The notes under the pieces: model-generated
Told to the model about the DNA's origin: nothing
The model's input: only the letters and a program-made list of their open reading frames with translations
The model's database searches: none
Made by a program: the position numbers and the translations under genes
Shown here: in pieces, positions 62,772 through 64,000 of the stretch
Layout: every line of letters begins with the position of its first letter
Position numbering within the stretch: position 1 is the first letter of the stretch
Assembly (NCBI GenBank): GCA_051294905.1
Contig: CM119378.1
Coordinates: forward strand, 9,796,001-9,860,000
Reading direction: 5' to 3'
DNA: 64,000 nt
Source of the DNA: Botryllus schlosseri
Lineage: Eukaryota

Positions 62772-63629
62772 GGGTTGCATTGAAACAAAAATCAATTTAA
62801 AACAAGGCCCTAATTTAAAATATGTTCTTTATTGTTCTTTTTAAGCCATGACGTCACGAATATTCAATTGTGACGTCATAGTGGATTGACATTGACAATT
62901 GAAAATATGGGGTAAATATCAGAGATGGGCATGGATTAGGATTAGGTTTTGAAAAAACAGGATTTGTGAAATTTTGTCGGATTTGGATTGGATTTGGATT
63001 AGACATTTTTTACAGAACGAATTAGGATTTGGATTGGATTTACCTATTTTCTGGGAGATTGAAATGTCGTGTGGCGAATGGCGACAAACTTCATTCAGAT
63101 CAGTTATTAATGTAATTATGGTTACCAAGTTATCTTGAATCAAGTGAATCGTTGGTTGTGAAAGAAGATTTTCGCATCCCTCCATTGCATAAATTAGTAT
63201 TTTTTCTGAATTTCCAGTTGGAATCGGATTAGGATTGGACATGGACTTGAGTATAAAAAAGTTATAGATTAGGATTTGGATTTGAAGGTTCGGATTTGGA
63301 TTGGATTAGAACATAGAAATTTCAAATCCGCTCATCTCTGTCCTAAATATAGCTCCTTTGGCGAAATATCTGTACCAACAATGTTGAACCGACTATTTTG
63401 ACTTTTTGAGGGTTCCAACCATCCCAAATCGATATGCGTCGGCTATATCGGGTGATAATTGTCCGTAGGCTCATACAGACTTGGTTTTTGGAAAGTATTT
63501 ACACAATTTTGGCATAATTTTACAACTTGAAAAAAAAATAGTTTTTTTAAAAAGGCCTTTGTTTAAAACACTGTTTCAAACATGTTTTGAACGAATGTTC
63601 TGAAACACCGTTTGTCTTAAATGCAACCC
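62772..63629. mobile_element. Second copy of the 5033-5636 foldback MITE, with a nested hAT-like MITE at 62920-63340
   Basis: GGGTTGCAT / ATGCAACCC termini; nested element CAGAGATGGGC / GCTCATCTCTG with GGATTT repeats and a duplicated TAAATAT. Confidence 0.7.
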
Positions 63630-64000
63630 TAACCACAGCTAGCGGATATCCGTTAACAGAGCGGGCGGACGAGTGTCAGCCGAAAATATTCGGGTTCATT
63701 TCAATATGAATATACTATTCAATGAGACGAGTTTGAGTATACTCAAACCCGAACCGTGTATTAATTATAATTATTCGAGGCGAGTAATAATGGAGAACAT
63801 TTTCCGAGTAATGAAATTATACGCCTGTTGCCACACTGCGAGTTATTTTATCAACGAGAATTATAGTTTCTATATTTTCTCCTCGCCGGGGAAGCCTTGA
63901 AATCATCCCGACATGCAAAACATGTTGGTACAAGGCTTCACGCGTCACAAACCGCAAAAGCATCGTTTCAAAAGCGCTATACAATTGATATCGCCAAAAT

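Noticed and set aside
62919-63242. 107-aa ORF rich in NPNP
   Set aside because: Translation of the GGATTT/GGATTA repeats of a nested MITE.

Overview
AT-rich eukaryotic genomic DNA from an animal. The many short (~55-75 nt) GT-AG introns suggest a marine invertebrate such as an ascidian, but I cannot prove the taxon from the sequence. Host genes: (i) an M17 leucyl-aminopeptidase-family gene (+) whose first coding exon is split at codon ~53 by a 21.6-kb insertion; (ii) a 10-exon USP22 gene (-, 35925-41798); (iii) an intronless cytochrome b5 (-, 42451-42852); (iv) the 3' part of a highly atypical Ras-superfamily gene (-, 55938->62611). The dominant feature is a giant Foldback-type Mutator (FB-NOF/Rehavkus-like) DNA transposon at 10697-32298. 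Its two inverted arms (~3.6 and ~4.2 kb) are arrays of a ~205-bp monomer. It carries a gene that I reconstruct as PHD finger + MULE DDE transposase + Ulp1/SENP protease + a second, intron-rich Ulp1/SENP protease joined by in-phase splicing. The rest of the window holds a 5'-truncated CR1/L2-group LINE with several 3'-tail copies, a 5.6-kb pol-less LTR element with apparently identical LTRs, many hAT MITEs with 8-bp TSDs, a MULE-type MITE and tRNA-like SINE heads. All alignments, exon calls and counts were done by eye; no database search was run.
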